Source of the DNA: Heterodontus francisci
Taxonomy: Eukaryota
NCBI RefSeq assembly: GCF_036365525.1
Contig: NC_090403.1
Span: 47,927,095-47,991,094, forward strand
Direction: 5' to 3'
DNA length: 64,000 nucleotides
In this document: positions 36,160 to 50,606 of the stretch, piece after piece
Position numbering within the stretch: position 1 is the first letter of the stretch
How the letters are laid out: each line of letters starts with the position of its first letter
Program-made: the position numbers and the translations under genes
The notes under the pieces: model-generated
The model's database searches: none
The model's input: only the letters and a program-made list of their open reading frames with translations
What the model was told of the DNA's origin: nothing

Positions 36160-39100
36160 TTTTTTTTTAATTCAGTCATGGGATGTGGACGTCGCTGGCT
36201 AGGCTAGCATTTACTGCCCATCCCTAATTGCCCTTGAGAAGGTGATGATGAGCTGCCTTCTTGAACCACTGTAGTCTGTGTGAGGTAGGTACACCTACAG
36301 TGCTGTTAGGAAGGGAGTACCAGGATTTTGGCCCAGCGACAGTGAAGGAACGGCGATATAGTTCCAAGTCAGGATGGTGTGTGACTTGGAGGGGAACTTG
36401 CAGGTGGTGGTGTTTCCATGCATTTGCAGCCCTTGTCCTTCGAGGTGGTGGATGTTGTGGGTTTGGAAATTGCTGTCTAAGGAGCCTTGGTGTGTTGCTG
36501 CAGTGCATCTTGTAGATGGTACACACTGCTGCCGCTGTGCATCGGTAGTGGAGGGAGTGAATGCTTGTGGATGGAGTGCCAATCAAGCGGGCTGCTTTGT
36601 CCTGGATGGCGTCGAGCTTCTTGAGTGTTGTTGGAGCTGAACCCATCCAGGCAAGTGGAGAGTATTTACACTCCTGACTTGTGCCTTGTAGATGGTGGAC
36701 AGGCTTTGGGGAGTCAGGAGATGAGTTACTCGCTGCAGGATTCCTAGCCTCTGACCTGCTCTTGTAGCCATGGTATTTATATGGCTACTCAGTTCAGTTT
36801 CTGGTCAATGGTAACCCCCTGCATGTTGATAGTGGGGGATTCAGTGATCGTAATGTCATTGAATGTCAAAGGGAGATGGTTAGATTCTCTCTTGTTGGAG
36901 ATGGTCATTGCCTGGCATTTGTGTGGCGTGAATGTTATTTGCCACTTATCAGCCCAAGCCTGAATATTGTCCAGGTCTTGCTGCATTTCTACACGGAATG
37001 CTTCAATATCTGAGGAGTCGTGAATGGCGCTGAACATTGTGCAATCATCAGCGAACATCCCCCTTCTGACCTTATGATTGAAGGAAAGTCATTGATGAAG
37101 CAGCTGAAGATGGTTGGGCCTAGGACCCTACCCTGAGGAACTCCTGCAGTAATGTCCTGGAGCTGAGATGATTGACCTCCAACAACCACAACCATCTTCC
37201 TTTGCGCTAGGTATGGCTCCAACCAGCAGAGTTTTCCCCCTGATTCCCATTGACTTCAGTTTTGCTAAGGCTCATTGATGCCATACTCGGTCAAATGCTG
37301 CTTGATGTCAAGGGCAGTCACTCTCACATCACCTCTTGAGTTCAGCTCTTTTGTCCATGTTTGAACCAAGGCTGTAATGAGGTCAGGAGCTGATTGGCCC
37401 TGGTGGAACCCTAAACTGAGTGTCACTGAGCAGTTTATTGCTGTGCAAAAGCTGCTTGATAGTACTGTCAATGATACCTTCCATCACTTTACCGACGATT
37501 GAGAGTAGACTGATGGGGTGATAATTGGCTGGGTTGGACGTGTCCTGCTTTTTGTGTACAGGACATTGCCGGTTAGATGCCAGTGTTGTAGCTGTACTGG
37601 AGCAGCTTGGCTAGGTGCATGGCAGGTTCTGGAGCACAGGATTTCAGTACTATTGCCGGAATATTGTCAGGGCCCATAGCCTTTGCAGTATCCAGTGCCT
37701 TCAGTCGTTTCTTGATATCACGCGGAGTGAATTGAACTGGCTGAAGAATGGCATCTGTGATGCTGGGGACTTCAGGAGGAGGCCAAGATGGATCATCAAC
37801 TCGGCACCTCTGGCTGAAGATTGTTGCAAGTGCTTCAGCCTTATCTTTCGCACTGATGTGCTGGGCTCCCCCATCATTAAGGATGGGGATATTTGTGGAG
37901 CCACCTCCTCCAGTTAGTTGTTTAATTGTCCACCACCATTCACAGCTGGATATGGCAGGACTGCAGAGCTTGGATCTGATCCATTGGTTATGGGATCGCT
38001 TAGCTTTGTCTATCGCATGCTGCTTATGCAGTTTGGCATGCAAGTAGTCCTGGGTTGTAGCTTCAACAAGTTGACACTTCATTTTGAGTTATGCCTGGTG
38101 CTGCTCCTGGCATGCCCTCCTGCACTCTTCATTGAACCAGGATTGATGCCCTGGCTTGATGATAGTGGTAGAGTGGGGATGTGCCAGGCCATGAGATTAC
38201 AGATTGTGGTTGAGTACAATTCTGCTGCTGCTGGTGACCCACAGCACCTCATGGATGCCCAGTTTTGTATTGTTAAATCTGTTCGAAATCTATCCCATTT
38301 AGCATGGTGGTAGTGCCACACTACACGGTGGAGGGTATGCTCAATGTGAAGGCAGGACTTTGTCTCCACAAGGACTATGCGATGGTCACACCTACCAATA
38401 CTGTCATGGACAGATGGATCTGCAGCAGGCAGATTGGTGAGGATGATGTCAAGTATGTTTTTCACTCTTGTTGGTTTCCTCACCATATGCCGCAGACCCA
38501 GTCTAGCAGCTATGCCTTTTAGGACTCGGCGAGCTTGGTCAGTGGTGCTACCGAGCCACTCTTGGTGATGGACATTGAAGTCCCCCAACCAGAGTACATT
38601 CTGCGCCCTTGCCACCATCAGTGCTTCCTCCAAGTGGAGTTCAACATGGAAGAGTACTGATTCATCAGCTGAGGGAGAGTGGTGGGTGGTAATCAGCAGG
38701 AGGTTTCCTTGCCAATGTTTGACCTGATGCGATGAGACTTCATGGGGTCTGGAGTCAATGTTGAGGACTCCCAAGGCAACTCCCTCCCGACTGTATACCA
38801 CTGTGCAGCCACCTCTGCTGGATCTGTCCTGCTGGTGGGACAGGACATACCCGGGGACATTGTCTGTAAGGTATGATTCGGTGAGTATGACTATGTCAGG
38901 CTATTGCTTGATTAGCCTGTGGGACAGCTCCCCCAACTTTGGCATAAGCCCCCAGATGTTAGTAAGGAAGACTTTGCAGGGTCGACAGAACTGGGTTTGC
39001 CGTTGTCACTTCTGGTCCCTAGGTCGATGCCGGGTAGTCCGTCCGGTTTCATTCTTTATTGACTTTGTAGCGGTTAGTTACAACTGAGTGGCTTGCTAGA

Positions 39101-39410
39101 CCATTTCAAGGGCATTTAAGAGTCAACCGCATTGCTGTGGGTCTGGAGTCACATGTAGGCCAGACCAGGTAAGGACAGCAGATTTCCTTCCCTAAAGGAC
39201 ATTAATGAACCAGATGGGTTTTTTACAACAATCGACAATGGTTTCATGGCCATCATTACACTTGCTTTTAATTCCAGAGTTTTTTTATTAATTGAATTCA
39301 AATTCCACCTTCTGCTGTGGTGGGATTCGCACCCATGTCCCCAGAGTAATACCCTGGGTCTCTGGGTTACTAGTCCAGTGACAATACCACTACATTCACC
39401 CCTTCCCCAG
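36160..39410 (-). mobile_element. Near full-length single-ORF LINE (APE and RT, CR1/Jockey-group-like) with tRNA-like 5' head
   Basis: Endonuclease motifs LGDFNVHH, PTR..NILD and (C)DH; RT motifs GPDNIP, ALDI, GVPQG.VLGP and MFADD; multiple frameshifts; A-rich tail at ~36160. Confidence 0.85.
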
Positions 39411-41378
39411 GCTAGAGAAAGGAAAAATAAGGTACTGTCCTTGCTGGCAATTGCTATCTATTAATTCATGCTGGTGAGTGCGTATGTGCAGATATCAGGT
39501 AAAGGTCGTGATCCAGGACACTGCTGACTCTCTGTCTTGGCTTACACAAGAAAAATGACTACTTGTGCAAAATACTGGTGGAACAGTGGTGCACGTGGAA
39601 CTGTACTAGAGTGTGAGGGAAGGGAGGGAGGGAGGAAGGTGGAAAAAGAAAAGGAAAATAATGGACAACTATTTTCAGGGCTAGTTAATGAGCTGATGCT
39701 GTTGAATAAGCTGAGCTGAGTTGGTTTAGATGAAAGATTCAGAGAAAGAGGTTAGACTAGCTAGTTCATTTAGTTAGAAAACACCAAGGTAAGGAGCTAT
39801 GCTTATAAAAATTACCTACAAAGAATAGCTTCGCATACAAAATGTGGCTTCATTTGCTTGAATGAGTTGATTAGTATTTCCACTGTAAATAATGTATTAC
39901 TGTTGCATATTTGCTTTACCTTTTGTACAGTAAATTGGTTTAGTCATTAAAAACCTAAAGCAGGTCTGTTGTTGTGAAGCTCTACTACTTTTTAAAGATA
40001 GGAGAAAGTTCCTGTGGTGGCACATAACTGTGAGCTAAAGGGTTAAACAAAGATATTGACCTGGGTATATTATCTGAAACTTATTTGGATAACGGCCAGT
40101 GACTGTAGGGAGCTATGACTTACCTATGAGAATAATCTAACATCAAACAATACAGAAGCTAAGGAAGGAGAGGCTAAAAAGACCCAAAAATGTGATTTTA
40201 GTCATCATTGAAGGTGCTGACCTTTGCCCGAGATGTTCAACTGAGGCCCCATTCAGGTAGACATTAGCAGTAGGTGAACTGCGCTGATGCCTTGGCAACA
40301 TCTTTCCTTCAATCAAACCCTGAAAGTGCAGATTAACTGGTTATTCATCTCACTGCAATCTGCCCAAATGGTGCTATTTTTGTCTATCAAACAGTGATGA
40401 CTACATTTCAAAGGAATTTGTTGTAAGTGCTTTGGATTCACTGAGAGACCTGTTAAGTGCTATAAGTTCGTTCTTAAGTCAGGAGGAGCCTTTCAATATA
40501 TGGTTGCTATGCTTTCTGCTTCAGGGAAGTGTCTGCACAATGCATTAGTGAACTGTTAAATAGCAATGCTCTTCTTTGAGACAACTTGCACTTGTGTCGT
40601 AGCTTTAACATAGTAAAACATCCAAAGGCATTTAACAGGAGCAATTATCAGACAAAATTTGACACATTTGGGACAAAGTGATTTTTGTATTTACTTTAGC
40701 TACGGTAAATCCAATCTACAAATAGCTGCAGTCAGTTGGACTCAGAGGATTCTTTTATTCATTTGCAAATACATATGACTGCAAACAATTAAACCTAGTC
40801 ATTGTGTTCAATTTGAAACATCTGTCCTAAATGGGCTTATTTTGTTGTTTCATTGCTTTTGTTGGGAAACCAGTTAAGTCAAAAAGTTGTTTGATTATTG
40901 GAATGGCTGATTTGAAATATTAATGAAGCAGATTAACAGATGTGAATAGGTAATTCTAATCTTTAAACGCTGATCTATTCAGGATAATATATCCAGGTAA
41001 TCGCTGTATACAGACTGTAGCATGTCACCTTACAAGTTATAAGATCTGTTGAACTCTCAGTCTGTTTATATCATAAAGAAATAGCTGTAAAATGAAAGAC
41101 ATCCCATGACATATAGCACAGCTGTGATTGCTCAGATTTAGTTCTGGCATGGGATCTGAATTCTATACGTGAACTGGAATGACCTTAGAAGCAGCACCTC
41201 AAGTGGATAAGACGATTAAAAAAAGTTAATGAAACTGGGTTTATGAAAAGCAGCTGATCTGTAATGTTGAATCTTTATAAAACTAATAACAAGATAGTTA
41301 GAATTCTGTTGCAGTTTTAGCTCCATACTCTAGGAAGGAAGTTGGGGCAATAGAGAGGATGCAGTTCAGATTTGCTAA

Positions 41379-42056
41379 GGGCTGAATTTTCACTTTGGGG
41401 GTGGGAAATAGGAGCCGGGTCTGTTTCCGGGTCCTGAACCCGTCCCTGGGGGCAAACAGACGCTTGTTGGAATTTTGACCAGGGCGCTCCCTTGATTGGC
41501 ATGGAGGCAGGTTCCCTGTCCAATTAAGGGTGGCGGCGGGCTGAAGGGCTGATCAGAGCCCTTCCACCTTCAGAGGAACATTCAGCTGCAATAAAAGGTA
41601 AGTAACTGAGAGGGTGTTTCAACATGAAGGTGCCCACTCAGTCACTTCTTAAAAAATATTTGATTAAAAAATAAAGCAGCCAGGCCATCACTGTGAGGGC
41701 AGGTGGGGGTGGAACCATTAACTGCACCCCCATCTGGGCAGGCAGGGAGGGCCTGAAGGCCTGCCTAGAGCTCTGGCACCCCGGCCTGCTGCTGTATGCC
41801 TGCCTCCAGGCAGTTGATCTGCACCCCTGTTGCGTCGGGAAACCAGAGGCTGACTGGAAAATCCCAGTTCGCCTCTTTAACTTACCTTTAACAAGGCTCT
41901 AAAAGAGCCTAATTGGTGCTCACCTTGTGAAAGGTGGATAGCCCTGCCGGGCCCGATTCTGCCTCGGCCTAAATGGGGTCGGGAAACCAGCACATAGCCG
42001 GGTCTGGTATTTTCAAACCCTGTTCGCGATCCCGTCGGGGCCCAAAATTCCTGCCC
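41379..42056. mobile_element. Harbinger-like non-autonomous element inserted in an old CR1 fragment
   Basis: Imperfect inverted ends GGGCTGAATTTT...AAAATTCCTGCCC; TAA on the left flank; GC-rich interior. Confidence 0.5.
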
Positions 42057-42839
42057 GAAGATGCTGCTTGGGAAACTAAGCACAAAAAAAAAATTTGAAA
42101 ATTGAGGTTGTTTTAATTGGAACTGAGGAAATGATGGAATAGCTGTGTTTAAAATTTCGAACGGTTGGGACAGAGTAGATGTAGACAGCACTTGAGGAGT
42201 TTAGAACTAGGGGACATAATTTAAGATTAAATATAAGAGAATTATGACTGAGAGCTGGTGAAATCTTGCATTTTAGGAGCTGCGAGAAATTGTGAAATGC
42301 ACTCCGGGTGATCGTGATTAATAATTTAGATCTTTGAAGGAAAATGAAATGGAGGAGTATGGGAATGAGGGTGGGCACGTGAGAGTAGGACTATTGCTCA
42401 TGTAGAGCATAAACAAGAACTGTTTCGGCTGAATATTTGTTTCCATATTGTAACTTCCTTGTATTCTACTTGATACAGAGTATACTGGTGAGCTATATTG
42501 TAAGTATATATAAGTTAAGAGTAAAGGGGATAGGAGAAACAGCAGATACTCCAATTAGGTTAACCTTTACTAATCTTTCAGGTTTCATCGACCTGAAGCG
42601 TTAACTGTGTGTCTCTCTCCACAGATGAGGTCTGACCAGCTGAGCATTTCCAGCACCACTTGTTTTACTTTCAGATTTGCAACATCTGCAGTATTTTGCT
42701 TTTGCTTTAACCTTTATTGATGCTGGCCTATATATTTCCAAAAATTGATGCCAGCGTCCATGATAGAATAATATGACTGCAAAGGGGGTAATATCAGGAT
42801 TTATTTCAGTGCATGTTATGGAAAGATATCAGTTGCGTT

Positions 42840-43680
42840 AATGTCCCACTTATTCCATGGGCTTTAACTTTGCTGATAAGCCTGTTATGTGGCACTTTCT
42901 CAAACACCTTTTGGAAGTCCTTGTACACCACATCAACTGCATTACCCTCATCAACTCTGGAACCTCATCAAAAAAATGAATCAAATTAGCTAAGCACAAT
43001 TTTCCTTTAACAAATCCATGTTGGCTTTCCTTAATTAATCTACATTTGTCCAAGTGACTGTTAATTTTGTCCCAGATTATCGTTTCTAAAAGCTTTCTCA
43101 CCACTGAGCTTAAACTGACTGGCCTGTAGTTGCTGGGCTTTTCCTTACACCCTTTTTTTAAAACAAGAGTATTACATTTATAATTCTCCAGTTCTCTGGC
43201 ACCACACCTGTATCTGAGGAGGATTGGAAGATTATGGCCAGTGCCTCTGCAGTTTCCACTCTTACTTCCCTCTGTATCCTCGGTTGCATCTGATCCAGTC
43301 CTGGTGACAGATCAACTTCAAGTCCAGTCAGCGTTTCTAATACTTCTTTGGATAGATCGATAGAGAGAAATTGTTCTTGGCAGAAGAGTCAAGAACCAGA
43401 GAACTCCGATTTAAAGTGATTGGCAAAAGAAGCAAAGGCGACATGAGGAATTTTTTTTTAACACAGCTAGTGATTGCGATCTGGAGTGCACAGCCCGAGA
43501 AGGTGGTAGAGTCCGATTCAATCGTGACTTTCAAAAGGATAAGCACCGGAACACACAATATTTGCAGGGCTATGCGGAAAAGGTAGGGGTGTGGGACTAG
43601 CTAAATTCCTCTTCCAAAGAGCAGGCATGGGCTTGAAGGGCTGAATAGCCACCTTCTGTACTATGACCATTCTATGAATC
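42840..43680. mobile_element. CR1 fragments in opposite orientations (minus ~42840-43340, plus ~43345-43680)
   Basis: ESQHGFVKGK on the minus strand; FKVIGKR..NFF.TQ on the plus strand. Confidence 0.7.
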
Positions 43681-43859
43681 TGAGTTTGATATGCATTGTA
43701 TTGCACTGTTAAGGGACAGGCTGGGCTGCATTTGGCTGCACACCAGTAAATGCACTTCATTATTTATCACGCTGACATGAATGCAGCCTTTTGATCAGTG
43801 TATGTGCTTGTTGGTTGGTTTGACCTGCCAGTTTGACCCCTGGGTGTAATCCAAGTGCC

Positions 43860-44330
43860 TTCGTTTGCTATTGGCTCCAGCCGAATGTGTCCATTTCCTA
43901 TTGGTGCCTGACCATTGGATTGTGATGTTTCCATTTTCTATTGGTTGGCTCACGTTCGTGCCGCTGTCTTATTGGCCGCGATGTTGTAGCCATCTTCCCC
44001 CATTGGCTGCGACTTTGTATCCATTTCCCCATTGGCCGTGATACATTGTATCCATCTCCCCATTGGCTGATATATCCATGGGGAGAGGGCGGGGATTGAG
44101 CGCTGATTGACAGGATAAGGCGAGGGAGAGGAGGCAAAGCCTGAGGAGGGGGAGGGAGATGAGATAGCTGCCGGACACGGAAGAGGAGAGAATAAGTTGC
44201 TGGAGGGGATTGCGCCAAAAAGCTAACGCTCCCTATTGGAGCTGGAGGAGGGGCTTCGCCGGAATTTGGACCTCTCGGAGGTTTGAAAGAGTGTGTGACT
44301 GGGGGAGAAAAGCCGTCCTGACACGGGAGA
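43860..44330 (+). promoter_or_regulatory. CpG-rich promoter with periodic CCAAT array; downstream gene not identified (OSBPL7 expected from human synteny)
   Basis: ATTGG at 43870, 43900, 43914, 43940, 43971, 44002, 44031 and 44062; GC box GGGCGGGG at 44087-44094. Strand is inferred by analogy with the mrpl10 promoter. Confidence 0.65.
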
Positions 44331-47300
44331 CTGGGGCAGGAGGAGTTTGGAGCTTTGACCCACTTGCAGGTGGTCAGGCTTGGAGTTGACGTCTTTTCCT
44401 GGGATATATTTCCATTATTTCTCCTGCCTTTTTCCCTCCTGAGGAGAATCTGATCTGTGGGATTCCCTGGAGCCTGAAGCAGCAGCTGTGAATTGTGAGA
44501 GGGCGCCTGCGTTTATTTATAAAGAATATATCATCAAGCTTGCAGACATCTGAGCTGTCAACATCTGAGTTGCACTGTAACAAGGTCAGAGAGCGTTGCC
44601 AACACTGTCCGGCTTTGTGAAGTTGAAGCGAGGAGAGGTTGGCAGAAAGGAATGAGAATGTGCTGAGCCACTGAGACTCTCAGAAGTGGCTCCTTTCATA
44701 CACCGGTCTCACTGCTAATAACTGAGACTCGACAGGTTTGAATGCCTAGACGTGGAATTGTGAATGTTGTGCCTGGGACTTGGGGGAGGTTGGATTTGTT
44801 AGCAATGTTGTGTACGCTGTTCATAATTGTGAGACTGCTTTGCAATGAGCTTTGTGCAGGATGATCTGTTAAGAACCCGGGAAAGTGGGTCAAGGGCTGT
44901 GATGTAGGTTTGTGCCCACAGTTCCCTCACATGTGGTGTTCAGTTTACATTTCTGGGCTGTGTTACAGTGGGAAGGGGCTGAATAAATGGCTGGTGCTTC
45001 CATCCCCCTCTTTCGCCCCTCCTTTCGCACCCCTTACTCACCTGCCTCCTTCCACACGCGCACACTCCCCAATAAAGGGGAAGAAGTGTCAAGATCACCT
45101 TGGGTGCAGTATCACTGCCCTTTTGATAGGTTACAGCTGGGGTGCGACTTGAGGTCCCCCAGTGGTCACTGCCTTTGACCAATATACTTATAGCCTAGTC
45201 CCTGGTTCAATCCCTGATCTGTGCTCTGTTGGCTGATCTCAATTGGGACCAGAGGTAGCGGGTTTTTTTGCTTTTTAAAGGCTATTTTAATAGATCTGGA
45301 ATTATTCAGTAAATTAATCCTGAGGGTTTCTTGACCAGCATTCAAGGTCAAGAACATAAGAGCAATGGATGGACATAGGCCTGGAATATTCAGCAGCAAG
45401 GAAGATTTTCCTGGCCCACCACAAGGTTTCCTTCTCGTCCCTGTTGTGTGTTTGCTGCATATCTTGAATGTTTGTTAGTCCACTGTCTGCTTCATTCTAC
45501 CGACAATCCTCTCCTGTCTCACGTTCCTCTGGCTACTCTGGAACAGTAGTAAATATCCTCAGTCCATGCATGGCTTGGATTTCATCTTTTAATGACTAAT
45601 TGATCATCTGGTGTTGTTTGACGACTCGTTTTCCTTTATAAACTTGACAGATTCAACATGGACTTTGTACGTGGCCCCGCAACCTCCTGAAATGTCCACA
45701 ACTTTAACCACTAAAGCATGCGATACGAACCTCGCCATTGGTCTGTGCTGACAAGGCTCTTCTTTGTCCTAGGGTTAGGGAACAGAGTGTGGTTAGGTTC
45801 CCCACTTGTGATCACTGTGCAGTGACACTTACTGGGCATGTATGGACATCATGTAAGGACTGGATTGAGCTTGGCTGTCATGTCTTTCATAATTTGTTAG
45901 GCTACCAGGGTTTGCACCTGAGCTTGCATCTTTTAAATTCGCTTGTTATTTCTTGTCTCAACCTTTTTCCAACCTCTCTCTGCTGCTTCTGTAGATGTCA
46001 AGTTTACCAGAAAGTACACAAGGCAATATGGAGCCATCTCTGACTGCAACCCTCCAGAGTGCTGCCAAAGCTGACCTCTGACAGGGAAGATTCATGTGTT
46101 CTGGTGTTTGTGCGCTTCAGTTGAATCAAAGCTTTAATTGTTCCAAGTTAGATGATGGTTATCCGTTATGAAAATTTTAAGGAAGGCTAAAACGGTCACC
46201 AGATTTCTTGCCACAAGTTTTTGGAATGAGACCTGCCTGATGCGATGGTGCTTCTTGGCCCTGCCAGCAGCAATGGATGCTGCATGCAGCTGTTTTGTAT
46301 TGGCAATGGTCAGGCTGAGCTGTCAAACAGGCTGACAATGTGGTTTTTGCATCACTGGTCTGTCTGAACCTTCCCCTGGCATCAGGGGAAGACTGCAGGC
46401 AGGATTTGAAGCTGGGAAAATGACTTCAGAGCATTTGCATCTCCATGTCCGGGATCACATGCGACCTTTTTAAAGCGAGCAGTTGAATAGCTCTGCCTGC
46501 CCAGTGTCTCCAATTATAGCCTGGGTCCCAGCTTCTGATGGAACTGGGGCCTGATTTCAAAGCACTGGTGACTGAGTAACTTGAGGAGGAACCATCACTT
46601 GAGCCGGGTCTACTGTAATGTGGTGGGCATGTTGAGGTTTTTTTTTAAATTTGCTCACCAAGTCAGGGAGACACTGGCAAGGCTGCAGTTTATTTGCCCA
46701 TCGCTCGATGTGCTGGGGTGGTGATGATGGGCTGCCTGCTTGAACCACTGCGGTCCTTGTCATGCTGCTGCTCCCACAATAGTGTTAGGCAGAGACTGCA
46801 ATGGAAACGGCACGACTGAGTAATCATCAGCTAATTCTGATGTGGAACTTTCAGGTTCTTCATGCCTCGTGAAAGCTACTTATGTCTTTAGCATTTCCTT
46901 AAGGAAACCATCCGAACCAACCTGAAGCTGAATGTGATTATGGCATTTCCAAGTTGCGTGTTGAGACCTGTGATGAAACTGCATGCAAGCGTGTTTAAAC
47001 CCCACTGGGGGGCGGGTAGTTTCCTCATAAGGAATCCTCTTAAAGCATAAACCGTTAAGAGGAGTTTGTGTTTTCAGATGAACCTTCCCTGATATCTGAG
47101 TAAGGTTCACACAGAGCAGCAATGATTAACTTTTTTTTTTAAAAGAAGCATAGCAATATGACTGGGCCTTTGACTGGGAGGGGCTGTTTTAGGCAGCACC
47201 TTACGCCCTGTTCATTTGGGCAATATTCAAAGGAACCTGGTGTTAATGGTGTTAATACTCCTACTGTTTGAAACTGTACTAGCAGAACTCATAAAACCAT

Positions 47301-47944
47301 AAAGTTCATTCTTTGTAATCACCGTTCAGTGATTCATCAAACTATTCAAAAGAAAGATCAGTAAGGGGGAAATTTACTAGAGAGAGAGAGGAGAATGTGT
47401 GCTTTCCCTCCTATCAGCAGGCTTGGTAACAGCATGCAGTTGAACAATGAAAGGGTAACTCAAAAGTATTTTTCTCTTCGAACACCTTCTGCCATACAGA
47501 ACCCTGGCTGTGTGATAACCCCCACCCCCTCAGATTTGAGTCTCAGTTTTTAACACTCCTGGATGGTACTTTCTCTGTTTTCTTTGTGAAGTGTTTTATA
47601 AGACTTGCAAAATTTGCCCGCATACATGCAAGTGTTCAGCAGTGTCACATGTCTGTTCTTTTGATGGTTGGGAGGGAGCAAAATTTTAAGTGAAGTGCAA
47701 ATAATTTTGCCCATCACTAATTCTGTCTGAAAAGCTGCAAGGAACAGTCTGCACCTAGAGTGCTTGTGTATGAAAAGCATGTTTTAATGAGGTTCATATG
47801 ACTGGTTTTAGAAGGGTCTGCAAGATGAGAACTGGGGTCATGAGGGAGATTGTAGCAAATACCTCAGCGAGCATTAGGGCTAGTATATCAATGTTATGTT
47901 AGGGTAAGATGTCTGCGAATGTGGGGGTCATTGCCCACCGTGTA

Positions 47945-49410
47945 CTAAGAATGTAAGAAATAAGAGCAGGAGTAGACCAGACAGCCCCTGGTGCCTGCTC
48001 CACCATTCAATACAATCATGGCTGATTTTTCTGTCTCAACTCCATATACTGTCTGCTTCCAAATTCCTTGATTTCCCACTAGAAACCAAAAAATCTGTCC
48101 ATCTCGGCCTTGAATATACTCAACGATGGAGCATCCACCACAACTCTCTGGGTTAAATAATTCCAAAGATTCACAACCACCCCCCCCACTGCCATATCAG
48201 TCCTAAATGATCGACCCCTTATCCTAAGACTGTGCTCCCATGTTCTGGATTCCCCAGCTAGGGTAATCAACCTCTCCGTGTCTACCCTGTCAAGATCCTT
48301 GAGAATCTTGTATATTTCAATGTGATCACTTCTCATTCTTCTAAAGTCCAGAGAGTGTAGGCTGTACCTGCATGCTAACATTGTGTTCTTAGTACGAGTA
48401 CACCCAAGTTTCTCTGAACATCATTTTGAAGTTTCAAGCCTTTTTAAAAAAAAAAAAAAAATTCTGCTTTTCTGTTCTTGCTACCAAAGTGAATAGCATC
48501 ACACTTCCCCACATTATATACATCCATCACCTTGTCCACTTAACTTATCCAGATCTCTTTGCAACCTCTTTGGGTCCTCCTCACAGCTCATATTCCACCT
48601 GGCTTTGTATCGTTAGAAAAACTGGATAAATTACTCTTGATCTCTTTGTCTAAGTCATTAATTTAGATTTGTAACTAACTGAGGCCCCAGCACTGATCCT
48701 TGTTGCACTCCACCAGTTACAGCCCCGGTTATCCCTCCTCTCTGTTTCCTGTCCATTAACAAATCCTCAATCCATGCTAATGTACTACCCCCAACTGTTT
48801 GAGCCCTTTATGTGTTAATCTTTTGTGTGGTGCCTTATCGAATGCCTTTTGGAAATCCAAGCATGCTACATCTATTGGCTCCCCTTTATCTACCTTACTA
48901 GTTACATCCTCAAAAAACTCTAATAAATTTATCAGACATGATTTCCCATTCGTAAACCCATGTTCACTTTTTCTGATCATTCTATGATTTTAGAGTCATA
49001 AAATCATAGAGAGATACAGCAGTGAAACAGGCCCTTCGGCCCACTGAGTCTGTGCCAGCCATCAACCACCCATTTATACTAATCCTACATTAATCCCATT
49101 TCCCTCTCACATCCTTACCTTCCCCCAATTCTCCTACCACCTACCTACACTAGGGGCAATTTACAATGGCCAATTTGCCCATCAACCTGCAAGTCTTTGG
49201 CATGTGAGAGGAAACCGGAGCACCCGGAGGAAACCCACACGGTCACAGGGTGAACTTGCAAACTCCGCACAGGCAGTACCCAGAACCGAACCCAGGTCAC
49301 TGGAGCTGTGAGGCTGCGGTGCTAACCACTGCATTTTCTGAGTGTATTAAGACTTCTTTAATAATTGATGTCAGGCTAACTTTGCCTGTAGCTCGCTGTT
49401 TTTTCTCTTT
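47945..49410 (-). mobile_element. Fragmented CR1 LINE with nested HE1-like SINE (~48991-49332)
   Basis: HGFTNGKSCL..DFQKAFDK motifs; the SINE matches the 1044 family. Confidence 0.8.
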
Positions 49411-50606
49411 CTCCTTTATTTAATAGCAGATTTATGTAGTTCCCCTCCTAGAATCTATATTGAGTGTTTAACTGGATGTGTAACATATACTTGTTGCTGT
49501 GTGCTTATTATAATCTTGATCATAATGGGCTAGAGACTGAGCTTGTACTGTCGGAAGGCAGGTTTGAATCTAACCCAGGCAGGTGAGATGGAAGAGTCCG
49601 CTATATCTAGAAATCCATTTCTTGGGGATTAGTTAATGCCAAGAATTTTTTTTGTGGTAGAATATTTTGATTTGAAATAGTGACAATTGAGAAGTGATGG
49701 TGAAATTGAGACTTGAGAGCTTTTTTAATCATAAACTCGCTTTCCGAGTCCACAGAGAGAGAAAGGTCCCAGGTTCTATCCTGCATCTCGAGTGAATAGA
49801 CTGACCTTGGATGGCGTGCTGGAAAGGGTCTTGCAATTGGCTGAAAGTACGGGGGAGGAACCAAACCAGACCGCTAACTTGACTTTTATTTATTGGCTCT
49901 TGTTTGGAATGTGCACTTGTGTGATTGTCGATGATAATTATGATGCCTGTTTTGCCAAATAGCTAGACAGGGATCTGCATGCATAATGTAAATTAAGGGG
50001 GTGGGGGGGGGAGAGGGGACAGAAAAGTCGATCCCAACAGTCTGTTATCAATCAGTCAATACAAGCAGTTGCAGCTGGGGTCAGGAACCATCCCTTGAAG
50101 TGGGAGAGCTGCGCTGGGATGTCACCACGCCGCCAGTCCCAGACGAGATTTGGCAGCAGGCTGTCTGTCTGCCTTTTCTCTCACCTGGTGATGATCTCCT
50201 GCAAGAGAGCAGAGAGAATGGGGGTGAGAAAATGTAGAAGTCTTATTTTTAGTAACAGTATTGATGCTGAAACTCCTTTTTTAAGTGGCATAATATGCCT
50301 TTGGATTGAAATGAGGGAGAAATGTGGTAAATTTTAATAGAAATTGCTCAGGTTAATGTTATTTCAAATGACATGCCCTGTGTCTCAGCTCCCAGACAGA
50401 TGTGATGTGTGTAAACTGTATCCACTTAATTGATTATTGCACATTGTACTTTTGGCAATTATCTGAGCTTCAGGGTTTTACACTTAAGCAGTAAATTGCT
50501 CTCATTTACTGGATGGAAGACTTATGGGACATTCAGAGCTGTATTTACTCTGTGCTTTTGCAAACCGAGGTGGATATAGTGTGAACAAGCCTTTTGTGTT
50601 ACTGCT

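Noticed and set aside
43865-44100. CRISPR-like array
   Set aside because: Eukaryotic context, degenerate tandem units without unique spacers, and no cas genes.
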